DNA of 63,476 nucleotides, filler included, from Anaerolineae bacterium (GTDB taxonomy: Bacteria > Chloroflexota > Anaerolineae > B4-G1 > DUEL01): NCBI GenBank assembly GCA_041082215.1. It is 7 parts of 7 records of this genome, joined end to end, with 100 filler letters (N's around TTAATTAATTAA, not from the genome) between each part and the next. Parts side by side here need not be neighbours in the genome. Positions count along the whole stretch, not along the records: positions 26,126 to 28,923 come from JBDOIF010000053.1; positions 29,024 to 59,234 come from JBDOIF010000062.1; 5 more parts are not named here. One strand, given 5' to 3'. Position numbers and translations under genes: made by a program. Below the pieces are notes generated by a model that was given only the letters and a program-made list of their open reading frames with translations, had not been told where the DNA came from and ran no database searches. Shown in pieces: positions 28,060 through 38,881 of this stretch (position 1 is the stretch's first letter; every line of letters starts with the position of its first letter).

Positions 28060-28923
28060 TCACATCCGCGCGTCTCCGTATCCCCGCGTCTCCGCGTCCC
28101 GGCCTCCCCCTGTCCTCACCACCGCCCCGATAACGATCGCCGCCAGCCACAGCCCGGAAAGCGCCCATCGCCACCAGGGGACGACAGGCCGAACCCGCAC
28201 CGTCGCCAGCACCACCCGGTCCTCCGGCAATCGCCCTCCTCCAGCGTCAAAGGCCGGTAGTCGTTCGGCCGTCGCCGGGTTATACATCCCCACACCGAGG
28301 GTGTAGTCACCGTAAGACACATCCGACGGTAGCTGGATCTCGTAGGGGTCCTCGATCAACTCGCCCACCGCCCAGCCGCCCGTGGGCCGATCCCCCCTCA
28401 CCGGAGGGCCATCCTCCTGGACCACCAGAGAGCCGTCCGGCCTGTGGAAGTGGACAAAGACCGTGTAATCCTTTTCAACCGGTGCCTCCGCCTGCCAGTA
28501 GAGGGTCAAAAGGAGCGGGTCGCCGGGGGCCATCTCCTCCTGCGCCAACCGGTAGCCCACCAGCCGGATGGACTCCCCCAGCCGGATGTCTGTGCGGCGG
28601 GGGATGATCGGCTCCGCAGCGGGGCGAAAGACCCAGGCATAGGGGATACCGTCGAATGAGACGGAGAACTCCGGCTCCCGGAACTTGTAGGTGCGCTCCC
28701 ACAGCTCCCCCCAGCGGGGGTATTCCCGCCCGCGCATCGTGTACTGGACGCCGAACACCAGGTAGTCGGCCTCCTCCCCTACCTGGGCGATATCCAGCAC
28801 GGGCGCGCGGACGTACTGGGCCAGCATCTCGTTGGCCAGGAACTGGGTGCTGACGGTGAACCCCTCCGCGCCTGGCTGTGCATCAATGTACTGGCCAGCC
28901 AGGTCCAGACCCTCGCCGAACTC
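28060..28923 (-). CDS. C-terminal part of a GT-C-associated membrane protein (5' truncated)
   Basis: Same LTLYWQA...DYTVFVH...VGMY domain as the neighbouring gene; C-terminal TM. Confidence 0.75.
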   Translation of the reverse strand, partial: EFGEGLDLAGQYIDAQPGAEGFTVSTQFLANEMLAQYVRAPVLDIAQVGEEADYLVFGVQYTMRGREYPRWGELWERTYKFREPEFSVSFDGIPYAWVFRPAAEPIIPRRTDIRLGESIRLVGYRLAQEEMAPGDPLLLTLYWQAEAPVEKDYTVFVHFHRPDGSLVVQEDGPPVRGDRPTGGWAVGELIEDPYEIQLPSDVSYGDYTLGVGMYNPATAERLPAFDAGGGRLPEDRVVLATVRVRPVVPWWRWALSGLWLAAIVIGAVVRTGGGRDAETRGYGDARM

Positions 28924-29023
28924 NNNNNNNNNNNNNNNNNNNNNNNNNNNNNNNNNNNNNNNNNNNNTTAATTAATTAANNNNNNNNNNNNNNNNNNNNN
29001 NNNNNNNNNNNNNNNNNNNNNNN

Positions 29024-30433
29024 TGGACGGACAGAAGCCGCGCGGCATTGTGCAGGAGGGGCTGGGTCTGCAACAGGGCAGAGAATACGAAGGCTACGTC
29101 ATCCTGAGGGGGGGCGATTCGGTTCAGGTGGAGGTCAGCCTGGTTTGGGGGCCAGGGCCCGAAGAGCGACTCCATTGCCTTGCTCAAAGAGAGCGGCTTC
29201 ACGGTCTACCGCTGGCCGGGTGGCACCTTTGCCAATGGGTACCACTGGCGTGAGGCAGTCGGCGACCGGGACAGGCGTCCCCCCCGGCTGAACATGGCCT
29301 ATTGGTCGGAGGATGTCGAATCGAACGACTTCGGTCTGGATGAGTTTATGACCTTTTTACAGGTTGTGGACGCCGAACCCTACATTGTCGTCAGCGCCAT
29401 CGAGGAGAGCGACGCGCAGATGGCCGCTGAAGAGGTCGAGTACCTCAATGGCCCGGCCGGAGAAGGGCTGGGGGCTTTGCGCGCCGCCAACGGTCACCCT
29501 GAACCATACAATGTCCGCTTTTGGGGCATCGGCAACGAGACATGGCTCGTGATGCCTCCGGCAGAGTACCTCGATCTGCACATTCAGATTGTCGAGGCTA
29601 TGCGTCAGGTGGACCCGACCATCCAGATCATTGCTGTGAGTGGCAGTGGGTTTGAAGGCATCCCCGGAGTGAGTGATTGGACAAAGAGTATGCTCACCCG
29701 CGCCGCCGACTATATGAATCTGATCAGCGAACACATTTATCCCCCTTCCTCTAACGACCTGGTGGAACACTCCCAGAAGATCGCCAGAGCAGTGCGGATA
29801 AATGCAGAAGCCATGCGCGGTTATCGGGAGCAACTGGAACCGCTCCAGGGTAAGGACATCCGCCTGGTGCTGGACGAGTGGAACTACTCCTGGGAAGATC
29901 GGGCCCAAATTTATGGCGAGGCCGGGCCGCGCTACTTCTTCCGGGACGCGCTGGGTGTCGCGACAGGCCTGCACGAGATGTTCCGCCAGAGCGACGTCAT
30001 CTTTATGGCGAACACCCATCCCATCAACGTCCACGGACAGGTCAAGACGACCCAAACCGAGGCCGCTATTGAAGTGACCGGCTTGGTGTGGGAACTCTAT
30101 CGCCACCACTTCGGGAGCCTGCCGGTAGCGGTGAGCAGCACAAGCGCAGGCCCCCTCGACGTGGTTGCCGCCTGGACTGAAGACCATACCGCGCTGACCG
30201 TCGCCATCGTCAACCCCACGGCGAGCGGATACACCCTCACGCTGGACCTGAAGAACGCTCAACTCACCGGCGCGGGGCGGCTGTGGGTGATTACTCATTC
30301 CGATCCCATGGCCTACAATGAGCCCGGCCAGCCGTTGCGGGTAGTGATTGAAGAAAGATCGCTCAGCGACATTTCCAGCGAGTTGAGCGTGCCATCGTTG
30401 AGCATCAGCCTGTACGAATTGCCGGCCCGATGA
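29024..30433 (+). pseudogene. GH51 alpha-L-arabinofuranosidase-like gene, 5' truncated and frameshifted near 29167
   Basis: YRWPGG, WGIGNE, LDEWN motifs; the catalytic frame has an upstream in-frame TGA at 29105; a plausible N-terminal domain is in another frame. Confidence 0.65.
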
Positions 30434-30507
30434 CCCGCAGACACTCCTTGCGTCTCGTGCTATGCTGTCGAAACAGGGTTGAGATGCACCAACCGGGATG
30501 AAGACCG

Positions 30508-32172
30508 ATGAGGCGCCTCTCATTGCGTGCTGTATGTCTGATCCTGTTCGGTGGTGTATTGGCGCTGATCGCTTGGGCCTCCTGCAGCACCCTGCAACCC
30601 TCCGTGAGCGGAGTCGTTGTGGACGCGGACAACGTTCCCATCCCCGGCGCGGTCGTGCGCATGCGGGCCACCGGCAACCAGACGACAACTGATAACGGTG
30701 GTGCCTTCACCCTGGGCGGCCTGGCTGCCGGCGTACCGATCAGCGTCACCGCCTGGGCGGCCGGCTACTATGTCGGCTGGACCAGCGCCGTCCCGGGCAC
30801 AAGGCCGGTAACCATCACCCTCAAGCCCTATGACATGACCGATAACCCCGATTACTCCTGGTTCTCGCACGAGGGCGCAGAAGGTTCGCTCTCCTGCTCC
30901 CACTGCATGCCCAGTTACAATGAATGGGTTCTGGACGCCCATTCCCAATCGGCGGTAAACCCACGCTTCTTGACGATGTACAATGGCACGGATGTGAACG
31001 GCAACCAGAGTCCGCCCAGGCGCTACGGCTACAGCCGCGACTATGGCCGCTTCCCCCTGCGCCCCGACCTGACCAAGCCTTACTACGGACCCGGCTACAA
31101 ACTGGACTTTCCTGATACTGCCGGGAACTGCGCCGCCTGCCACGTGCCGGCCATGACCGCCAAACCTGGCATGGCCTATGCCGCTGATCCGAATCTGGCA
31201 ACCGGGGTTGAGGCCGAGGGCGTGTTCTGCGAGTTCTGCCACAAAATCGGCGAAGTGACGCTTGACCCGGAAACCGGCCTGCCCTACCCTAACATGCCCG
31301 GTACGCTCTCCATCCGCCTCTACCGCCCTGGCCCCGACCAGCAGCTCTTCTTTGGCAACTTCGACGACGTCACCCGCCGTGTCAGTTACAACTCCCTCTA
31401 TGAGCAGAGTCAGTACTGTGCGCCCTGTCATTTTGGGGTGTTCTGGGATACGGCTGTCTACAATTCCTTCGGAGAATGGCTGGAGAGCCCTTACTCAGCC
31501 CCGGAAACGGGCCGGACCTGCCAGGATTGCCACATGCCGACGGTGGACTATGATTCCTTCGCCTATCCCGAGATGGGCGGGCTGATCCGCGAGCGTAGCC
31601 GCATTTTCAGCCACCGTATGCCCGGCGCGTCGGATGAGAGCCTGCTACAGAACGCGGTCACGATGAGGGTGGAAGCCCGCCGCGAGGGAGAGCATATCAT
31701 CGTGGATGTGACCATCGTCAACGACCAGACCGGCCACCATGTGCCCACCGATTCTCCACTGCGGCAAATGATCCTGCTGGTTTCCGCAACCGATGGACAA
31801 GGGCAAGCCTTGCCCCTACGAGATGGGCCGATTGTTCCCGATTACGGCGGCGTGGGCGACCCGGCGGATGGATATTACGCTGGCCTGCCTGGCAAGATCT
31901 ATGCCAAAATCCTGATGGAACTGTGGACTGAAATCGCCCCCACCGGCGCCTACTGGAATCCGACGCGCGTTGTCAGCGACAACCGCATCCCGGCTATGGG
32001 TTCGGACACAAGCACATTCGTCTTTGCCGCGCCGGCTGAGGGTCCGGCAATCATTGAGGTTCGGCTGCTCTTCCGCCGCGCTTTCATCGAGTTGATGGAT
32101 CAGAAGGGCTGGGATGTGCCAGATATCGTCATGGAGCAGGAAACGCTTCGCCTGCCATCGCGAAACGGCTGA
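30508..32172 (+). CDS. Exported multiheme c-type cytochrome with an N-terminal carboxypeptidase-regulatory-like domain
   Basis: CAACH, CEFCH, CAPCH, CQDCH plus the variant CSHCM; signal peptide; TGHHVPT motif. Confidence 0.85.
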   Translation: MRRLSLRAVCLILFGGVLALIAWASCSTLQPSVSGVVVDADNVPIPGAVVRMRATGNQTTTDNGGAFTLGGLAAGVPISVTAWAAGYYVGWTSAVPGTRPVTITLKPYDMTDNPDYSWFSHEGAEGSLSCSHCMPSYNEWVLDAHSQSAVNPRFLTMYNGTDVNGNQSPPRRYGYSRDYGRFPLRPDLTKPYYGPGYKLDFPDTAGNCAACHVPAMTAKPGMAYAADPNLATGVEAEGVFCEFCHKIGEVTLDPETGLPYPNMPGTLSIRLYRPGPDQQLFFGNFDDVTRRVSYNSLYEQSQYCAPCHFGVFWDTAVYNSFGEWLESPYSAPETGRTCQDCHMPTVDYDSFAYPEMGGLIRERSRIFSHRMPGASDESLLQNAVTMRVEARREGEHIIVDVTIVNDQTGHHVPTDSPLRQMILLVSATDGQGQALPLRDGPIVPDYGGVGDPADGYYAGLPGKIYAKILMELWTEIAPTGAYWNPTRVVSDNRIPAMGSDTSTFVFAAPAEGPAIIEVRLLFRRAFIELMDQKGWDVPDIVMEQETLRLPSRNG

Positions 32173-32208
32173 TCGGTGCGGGGTGCAAACACAAGCAGCG
32201 GCGCCACC

Positions 32209-32237
32209 TTGACAACTGGCCGAACTCTCACTATACT
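32209..32237 (+). promoter_or_regulatory. Sigma70-type promoter
   Basis: TTGACA-17 bp-TATACT. Confidence 0.8.
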
Positions 32238-32283
32238 CCCTCCATACCTGCGTTTCCATAACAGGATGCTGACGGAGGTCACA

Positions 32284-34095
32284 GTGGACCCTTTGTTAGA
32301 CCTGGAGATGATGCTGCGCGTCCCTTCCGTTGACCCCGAATACGGGTTCAGTCCCTCCCCGATCGGTTCGGAAGTCGCTTTCTCCTACAATCCCACCGGC
32401 CAGTGGGAGATCTACCTGGTACCGCTGGACGGCTCAGCGCCTCCCCGGCAGGTCACCGCCGGGCCAGGAGCGAAACTCGCCCCCCGCTGGTCGCCCGACG
32501 GGCGCAGGCTGGCCTACCTGCTGGACCTGGAAGGCGGGGAGCGGTTCGACATCTGGGTGTATGACCGCGCTACGGGGCAACACGTCAACCTGACCCCCGA
32601 CACACCGGATGCTATCCAGCCTGACTACTCCTGGTCGCCCGACGGCCTGTGGATCGCCTTCGCCTCCGACCGCTCAGGTCGCTTCGATACCTATGTGATG
32701 CCCTCTGCGGGTGGTCCGGCCCGCCTGGCGCTCGGCCTGCCCTACCCGGACTACGAGGTCCACTGGTCACCAGACGGCCGCTGGCTGGCGGTGGCTGCCC
32801 ACACCCAGGGCCAGGACTGGCACACCTTCCTGGTGGAGCCGGAAGGAGGCAGCCCCCACCCCATCTCCCAGGCAGGCCTTCCGATACCCGCCGCCTCCCC
32901 ATGCTGGTCACCCGATGGATCGCTCGTCGCTTTCGCCTCCCACGATGAGGATTCGTTCTTTATCGGCCTCTACGAACCGGCTACGGGGAAGGTAACCCGG
33001 CTGGCGTGGGGGGAGGAAGAGAAGGAGCATCCAGCCTGGTCGCCCGACGGTCGCAGGCTGGCCTACCTTATCAACCAGGGGCCGGTCTCCCTGCTGGCCG
33101 TCCTGGAACTGGATCGAGGAGCCATCACAACCTACCAGGTCGAACCAGGCGTCCACTACCCGCCTCGATTCACCGCAGATGGGAACGGCCTGGTCTTCAT
33201 ATTTGATAATCCGCGCCATCCCCGCGACCTGTGGTTGCTCTCTCTGGCCGACGGCTCGTGCCGACCGTTGACCCATTCGCTACCAGCCGAACTGGAGAAA
33301 GCCGCCTTCGTTATGCCCGAGCCGGTCTGCTACCCCAGCCTGGACGGGAAGAGCGTCCCGGCCCTGCTTTACAAACCACAGTCGCTCCATGGCGGTGGCC
33401 GCTCTGGCCCCCCACCCGCCGTCATCTACGTCCACGGCGGCCCCACCTGGCTGACTCAGATCACATGGGATCCGGTGGTGCAGCATATGGCCAGCCGGGG
33501 CTGGACAGTGCTGGCGCCCAATTACCGGGGCTCCACCGGCTACGGCCGCCAGTGGCAACTGGCCAACCGCTTCGACCTGGGCGGCGGCGACACGATGGAC
33601 GTGGTCGCCGGAGCCGATTATCTGGTCCGCGAGGGCCTGGCCGATCCCCGCCGCATCGCGGTCACCGGCACCAGTTACGGCGGCTACCTGACGATGACCT
33701 CCCTCACCCAATACCCCGACCGCTGGGCCGCTGGCTCTGCTGTCGTACCCTTCCTCAACTGGTTCACCGAGTTCGCCAGCGAGCGGGAAGACCTCCAGCA
33801 TTGGGACCGCGAGAACTTCGGCGATCCGGAGAAAGACTCCAATCTCTTCTACGAACGCTCGCCCTTCTTTTTCCTGGACCGCATCGGCGCGCCAGTGCAG
33901 TTGATCTGCGGCGCCCACGACCCTCGCTGCCCTGCCAGCGAGTCCATCCAGGCCCGCGATGTCCTCCTGAAACAGGGGAAGCAATGCGATTTCGTCCTCT
34001 ACTCCGATGAAGGACATGGCTTCCTGAAAACCGAGAACGTGGTGGACTACGAGAAACGCCGGATTGCCTTTCTGGCGGAGGTTCTGGAGCGGTGA
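32284..34095 (+). CDS. S9 family peptidase (acylaminoacyl-peptidase-like) with a TolB-like propeller
   Basis: WSPDG repeats, HGGP, NYRGSTGYG, GTSYGG, DPRC, DEGHG; GTG start after GGAGGT. Confidence 0.92.
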   Translation: MDPLLDLEMMLRVPSVDPEYGFSPSPIGSEVAFSYNPTGQWEIYLVPLDGSAPPRQVTAGPGAKLAPRWSPDGRRLAYLLDLEGGERFDIWVYDRATGQHVNLTPDTPDAIQPDYSWSPDGLWIAFASDRSGRFDTYVMPSAGGPARLALGLPYPDYEVHWSPDGRWLAVAAHTQGQDWHTFLVEPEGGSPHPISQAGLPIPAASPCWSPDGSLVAFASHDEDSFFIGLYEPATGKVTRLAWGEEEKEHPAWSPDGRRLAYLINQGPVSLLAVLELDRGAITTYQVEPGVHYPPRFTADGNGLVFIFDNPRHPRDLWLLSLADGSCRPLTHSLPAELEKAAFVMPEPVCYPSLDGKSVPALLYKPQSLHGGGRSGPPPAVIYVHGGPTWLTQITWDPVVQHMASRGWTVLAPNYRGSTGYGRQWQLANRFDLGGGDTMDVVAGADYLVREGLADPRRIAVTGTSYGGYLTMTSLTQYPDRWAAGSAVVPFLNWFTEFASEREDLQHWDRENFGDPEKDSNLFYERSPFFFLDRIGAPVQLICGAHDPRCPASESIQARDVLLKQGKQCDFVLYSDEGHGFLKTENVVDYEKRRIAFLAEVLER

Positions 34096-34098
34096 CTG

Positions 34099-35718
34099 AT
34101 GACCAGGCAACAGGAAGCCTTCAGCCTCCTTGACGCCTTCATTGAGAGCCAGAGGCAGGCAGCCTGCATCCCCGGCCTGGCCCTCGCCGCAACCGACCGG
34201 GAGCAATTGATCCACCTCACCACGGCGGGGTTTGCCGATCAGGCCGCTCAGACCCCCGTAACCCCTTCTTGTCTGTTTGAGATTGGCTCCATCAGTAAGT
34301 CCTTTACCGCCATCGCCCTGCTCCAACTGCACGAAGCTGGCCGGCTGGAGCTGCACCGACCGGTCAATGAATACCTGCCCTGGTTCCACGTCCCCTCCCG
34401 GTATGGCCCGATCACACCCCATCACCTCCTGAGCCATACTGGAGGTATCATCTGCGGGACCGAATTCACTACGGAGGCGCGCTACGAGGTCTGGGCGCTG
34501 CGAGAGACAGAGGCCACCGCCCCGCCGGGCGTCTTCTTTCACTACTCGAACGTCGGTTACAAGGTGCTGGGACTGATTCTGGAGACGATCCTGGAGCAGG
34601 ATTACGGGGAGATCATCCGCGAGCGGATCCTCGACCCGCTAGAAATGTCCGATACCGAGCCAGCGATCACCCACGAGATACGCAAGCGTATGGCTGTGGG
34701 TTACGAACCCCTTTACGACGACCGCCCCCCCCACCCCAGCCATCCTCTCATCCCGGCAACGTGGCTGGAGACCGGCACTGCAGACGGAAGCATTGCCTCC
34801 ACTGCCGAAGATATGGCCAGGTACCTGCGGATGCTGCTGAAGCGGGGCCAGGGCCCCCGGAAGCGTCTTCTATCCGAGGAGGCCTTCGCCCTGATGTCGC
34901 AGCGGCTGATCGAGCCGGGCGATGAGGAACACGGCGCCTTCTACGGTTACGGCCTTGTGATCGAGCAGGAGGAAGGCCATATGGTCATCGGCCATAGCGG
35001 GGGAATGGTTGGCTATTACTCCTCCATGCTCGCCGATATGGACGAAGGCCTCGGCGTCATCGTTCTCATCAATGGTCCAGGGAAGCCGACCGACATCGCC
35101 CGCTTCGCGCTGCGGCTTCTCCGCGCCGCGCGTCACGGCCAGCCACTGCCATCACTGCCTCTTCTGCCAGACCCTACTCGGATTCAGAACGCTGCCGAAT
35201 ACTGTGGGACATACCGCTCGGAGGGCGAGTCGTTCGCGCTGACAGACGAAGACGGCCAGTTGATCCTGCACTACAGAGGGGAACGGGTCCCGCTGGAGCA
35301 GCGCGGGACGGATTGTTTCTACGTTGCCCACCCGCATTTTGCCCATTTCCTGCTGCGCTTTGGCCGTCAGGGGGGAGAGGTCGTAGAGGCCTTCCACGGG
35401 CCGTGGTGGGCCGTCAACGAGCGCTACAGCGGCCCGATTTCATTCGACCACCCACCGGAATGGGAAGCCTATCCCGGCCACTACCGGGCACACAACCCCT
35501 GGTTCTCCAACTTTCGGATCGTCCTACGCAAAGGCCAACTGTGGCTGATCGCGCCTCAGGGCGAGGAGCAGCCGCTGGTCGAACTGGGAGATGGCGTCTT
35601 TCGGGTCGGAATGGACGAGCGCTCCCCCGAGCGCATCCGCTTCGATACCCTCATCAACGGCCAGGCGGTCCGCGCCACTCTGTCCTGCTGCCCTTATTAC
35701 CGTACCTTCACCGCGTGA
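34099..35718 (+). CDS. Serine hydrolase, beta-lactamase class C/PBP-like family
   Basis: FEIGSISK (SxxK), YSN, HSG motifs; C-terminal extension. Confidence 0.9.
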   Translation: MTRQQEAFSLLDAFIESQRQAACIPGLALAATDREQLIHLTTAGFADQAAQTPVTPSCLFEIGSISKSFTAIALLQLHEAGRLELHRPVNEYLPWFHVPSRYGPITPHHLLSHTGGIICGTEFTTEARYEVWALRETEATAPPGVFFHYSNVGYKVLGLILETILEQDYGEIIRERILDPLEMSDTEPAITHEIRKRMAVGYEPLYDDRPPHPSHPLIPATWLETGTADGSIASTAEDMARYLRMLLKRGQGPRKRLLSEEAFALMSQRLIEPGDEEHGAFYGYGLVIEQEEGHMVIGHSGGMVGYYSSMLADMDEGLGVIVLINGPGKPTDIARFALRLLRAARHGQPLPSLPLLPDPTRIQNAAEYCGTYRSEGESFALTDEDGQLILHYRGERVPLEQRGTDCFYVAHPHFAHFLLRFGRQGGEVVEAFHGPWWAVNERYSGPISFDHPPEWEAYPGHYRAHNPWFSNFRIVLRKGQLWLIAPQGEEQPLVELGDGVFRVGMDERSPERIRFDTLINGQAVRATLSCCPYYRTFTA

Positions 35719-35746
35719 CTGTCACCTGCCTGGTGGCTTCCAGGAG

Positions 35747-36814
35747 CTACAGTCTATAGGCCACATACTTGCTCCCGCAGGGCGGGCCGGGGGCAGCCCA
35801 CATCGTCAGGTCGGTCAGGTCCATCACCAGCGAGACCAGCGTGTGTCCCCGTTCGTGAGGCGGATCCTCCGGGTCCTCGTGCGCGCAGATCGAGTCGGGG
35901 AAATTGACGTGATCGCGCAGGATCGCCTGCAGGCTTTCCACTGTCACCGTGCCCAGTTGTGCCCGCAGCAGCCGCCCGGCGCGGTTGCAGCGCACGCGGG
36001 AGCCAGCGTAGCAACCTGGCTGCTCCAGCGCCTGCATCCTGGGTGAGAGGTAGTGATTGGTGTGAACCAGCCAGCCGTCCTCACCGTACAGGATGTCGTG
36101 ACGGGTAGCCGAGGTTTCGACAGCATACAGCTCGCCGTGGCGGTCGGCCAGCAGATAGCCGTAGCCGGCGCTACGCAGCCTGGGCACGCAGGCGCGGATC
36201 GCCGCGCCGATGGTGCGTGCGCCCAGCACCGCCCGCGAGCAGAGGATGCGCGGCACGCCCACCCGCTCGTCGGTGGGATAGACCGTGTTGATCGCCACGC
36301 CGATGCCCTCGGCGTTCATGCCGATGTTGACCAGCAGCGGGCCGTAGGTCATACCCAGATAGGCCGGCCCGTCGTCCGGCTCGGCGCGCACCAGATAGAC
36401 CGTGTCCTGGTCGGCGCTGCTCCAGTCCTCGTTGTGGGCCAGCAGGACGTGGCCGCTGGCCGTCTGCTCCTGGCAAACCGCCAGGCTGGTACAGCCCCAC
36501 ACCTGGCTGCTGCTCCCGGTCAGCTCTTCGTAGCAGTTGAGGGTCCAGACCTCCTCGAAATCAACGCTGGCGCCCTGGGCGATGCCGCGCAGCTCCTCGA
36601 CGAACCCGGGAAAGGCCTTCTCACCGTAGGGCAGGAACTTGCGCGCCTCGTGCTTGCCCTCCTCCCAGCTCATCCCCACGGCCAGATGCAGGATTTCGCG
36701 GTAGCGGGCCAGCGAGCGCATGATGAAAGGCCGCGCCCCTTCCCCCTGCTGCCGCCCCCGCTCCAGCGGCCCCCCTTTGACCTCAATCACGGAAAGCGCA
36801 CAGTATTCCGCCAT
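35747..36814 (-). CDS. C45 family autoproteolytic Ntn-hydrolase/acyltransferase
   Basis: GCTS cleavage site, AHNEDW, GMNAEG, HTNHY. Confidence 0.88.
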   Translation of the reverse strand: MAEYCALSVIEVKGGPLERGRQQGEGARPFIMRSLARYREILHLAVGMSWEEGKHEARKFLPYGEKAFPGFVEELRGIAQGASVDFEEVWTLNCYEELTGSSSQVWGCTSLAVCQEQTASGHVLLAHNEDWSSADQDTVYLVRAEPDDGPAYLGMTYGPLLVNIGMNAEGIGVAINTVYPTDERVGVPRILCSRAVLGARTIGAAIRACVPRLRSAGYGYLLADRHGELYAVETSATRHDILYGEDGWLVHTNHYLSPRMQALEQPGCYAGSRVRCNRAGRLLRAQLGTVTVESLQAILRDHVNFPDSICAHEDPEDPPHERGHTLVSLVMDLTDLTMWAAPGPPCGSKYVAYRL

Positions 36815-36843
36815 CGTCGAGTTCCATCGGTTCCGCCATCCGG

Positions 36844-37899
36844 CTACAACTGCCCTGCAAAGATACAGGCCACCTCGTGATCTGGGGCGACCGGCCTCAG
36901 TTGGGGATCGGTCTCCCGACATTCGGGGACAGCGCAGGGGCAACGGGGATGGAAACGGCAGCCCGGCGGGATGTCGGTCGGGTTGGGGATCTCTCCCTGC
37001 AGGATGAACCGCTGGCGGCGACGGCGCGGATTCGGCACCGGCACGACGGAGATGAGAGCACGGGTATAGGGGTGTTGGGGACGGGCGAGCACCTCCGCAG
37101 TGGGTCCCAGCTCCACGATCCGCCCCAGGTACATCACCGCCATGCGGTCGGTGAAGAAGCCGGCGGTGGCCAGATCGTGAGTGGTGTAGAGGATCGTGAT
37201 CCCTCGCTCCCGGCGCAGGGCATGGAGCAGGTTGAGGATCTCCGCACGGATGGATACATCGAGCATAGAGACCGGTTCATCGGCCACCAGCAGTTCCGGC
37301 TCCAGCACCAGCGCGCCAGCGATAACGACCCGCTGTCGCTGTCCACCGGAGAGTTCGGCGGGAAAGCGATCCCAGAAGTGATCCGCGGGGACCAGGCCGC
37401 AGGTCTCCAACGCCTCTCGCACTCGCTCCTTTTTCTCCTCTCGCGAGCGGGCCAGTCGGTGGATCTCCAGCGGTTCGGCCACAATATCGAAGACCGTCTG
37501 GCGCGGGTTGAGGGATTCGTAGGGGTCCTGGAAGATCATCTGGGCCTTTTGACGCAGCCGCATAATCCGCCTCCGTCGGCTCAACGCTGCCAGCGGCCCG
37601 TCCTTCGCCTCCAGTGAAGGGCCATGCCCGCGCGCCCACTCGGTCACATTATACCCGTCGAACAGGACATACCCCCTTGTCGGTTGCTGGAGGCCCACCA
37701 CGTTCATTCCCACCGTTGTCTTACCTGAACCGGACTCGCCCACCAGGGCCAGGATCTCCCCCCGATGCACCGAGAAGCTCACCCCGTCCACGGCACGCAC
37801 CATACGGCGGCGTTTGCGGGTCAGGGCGGCCCACGGGCCCTGGGAGAGGGGAAAGTACTTGTATAGCTCGTGCACCTGGAGAACGGGGGACCCTTCCAT
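36844..37899 (-). CDS. Oligopeptide ABC transporter ATP-binding protein (OppF/AppF-like)
   Basis: [30 protein letters not shown]. Confidence 0.93.
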   Translation of the reverse strand: MEGSPVLQVHELYKYFPLSQGPWAALTRKRRRMVRAVDGVSFSVHRGEILALVGESGSGKTTVGMNVVGLQQPTRGYVLFDGYNVTEWARGHGPSLEAKDGPLAALSRRRRIMRLRQKAQMIFQDPYESLNPRQTVFDIVAEPLEIHRLARSREEKKERVREALETCGLVPADHFWDRFPAELSGGQRQRVVIAGALVLEPELLVADEPVSMLDVSIRAEILNLLHALRRERGITILYTTHDLATAGFFTDRMAVMYLGRIVELGPTAEVLARPQHPYTRALISVVPVPNPRRRRQRFILQGEIPNPTDIPPGCRFHPRCPCAVPECRETDPQLRPVAPDHEVACIFAGQL

Positions 37900-38873
37900 C
37901 AGACCTTCCTGACCCAATGGCAGGCGACGTAGTGGCCGGGCGCGATTTCCGTCAGTGGCGGCGGTTCATGGGCACAGATCGGCCCACGTCGCGGGCAATC
38001 ACAACGGGGCTGGAACCGGCACCCCGGCGGCAGGTCATCGAGGCGGGGCGGATTACCGGGGATCGAGGCCAGCGCGGCGCCTGGCCGCCCCACGTCCGGG
38101 AAGGCCTGCAACAGCCGCTGCGTATAGGGGTGGCAGGGATCGTTGAAGATCACGTCGCTGCTGGCGTACTCGGCCACCACGCCGCCGTACATCACCAGAA
38201 CGTCGTCACATACCTCCGCCACCATCCCCAGATCGTGGGTGACCAGAATGAGGGAGAGATGGAGTTCTGCCTGCAGGCGCTCCAGCAGCTCCAGGATCTG
38301 CGCCTGGATCATGACGTCGAGCGCAGTGGTGGGTTCATCGGCGATCAGGATGCGGGGGTTACAGGCCAGCGCCATCGCGATCACAGCGCGCTGCCGCATC
38401 CCTCCGCTGTACTGATGGGGGTACTGAGAACCCCGTTCCGGGGGGATACCAACCAGCCGGAGCAGCTCCCCCGCCCGCTCACGGGCCGCCTGAGCGTGCT
38501 CCACAACGGAGTGGACCTGCAATGCTTCGACAATCTGGCTCTCAATGGTGCGCACCGGGTTGAGGGCATTCATCGCTCCCTGAAAGACCATGGAGATATG
38601 CTGCCAGCGCACCTGGCGCATCTGGGCTTCGCTGTACTGTAAGAGGTCCTTCCCATCAAACAGCACCTGACCACGGACGATCCGCCCCTCCTGGGGCAGC
38701 AGGCGAAGGATCGCCAGCATCACCGTCGTCTTGCCGCAGCCGCTCTCCCCCACCAGCCCCAGGGAGCGTCCCTCCTCCAGGCGAAAGGTCACACCGTCCA
38801 CCGCATGCAGCGGCGTGCCGTCGTCGGCCAGATAATCCACGGAGAGATCGCGAACATCCAGGAGGATAGCCAT
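37899..38873 (-). CDS. Oligopeptide ABC transporter ATP-binding protein (OppD-like)
   Basis: [29 protein letters not shown]. Confidence 0.93.
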   Translation of the reverse strand: MAILLDVRDLSVDYLADDGTPLHAVDGVTFRLEEGRSLGLVGESGCGKTTVMLAILRLLPQEGRIVRGQVLFDGKDLLQYSEAQMRQVRWQHISMVFQGAMNALNPVRTIESQIVEALQVHSVVEHAQAARERAGELLRLVGIPPERGSQYPHQYSGGMRQRAVIAMALACNPRILIADEPTTALDVMIQAQILELLERLQAELHLSLILVTHDLGMVAEVCDDVLVMYGGVVAEYASSDVIFNDPCHPYTQRLLQAFPDVGRPGAALASIPGNPPRLDDLPPGCRFQPRCDCPRRGPICAHEPPPLTEIAPGHYVACHWVRKV

Positions 38874-38881
38874 AGCGTCTC

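Noticed and set aside
34099..35718. Beta-lactam resistance or penicillin biosynthesis (serine hydrolase plus C45 enzyme)
   Set aside because: Both families are broad; the context with an S9 peptidase and a peptide importer favours peptide or amide catabolism
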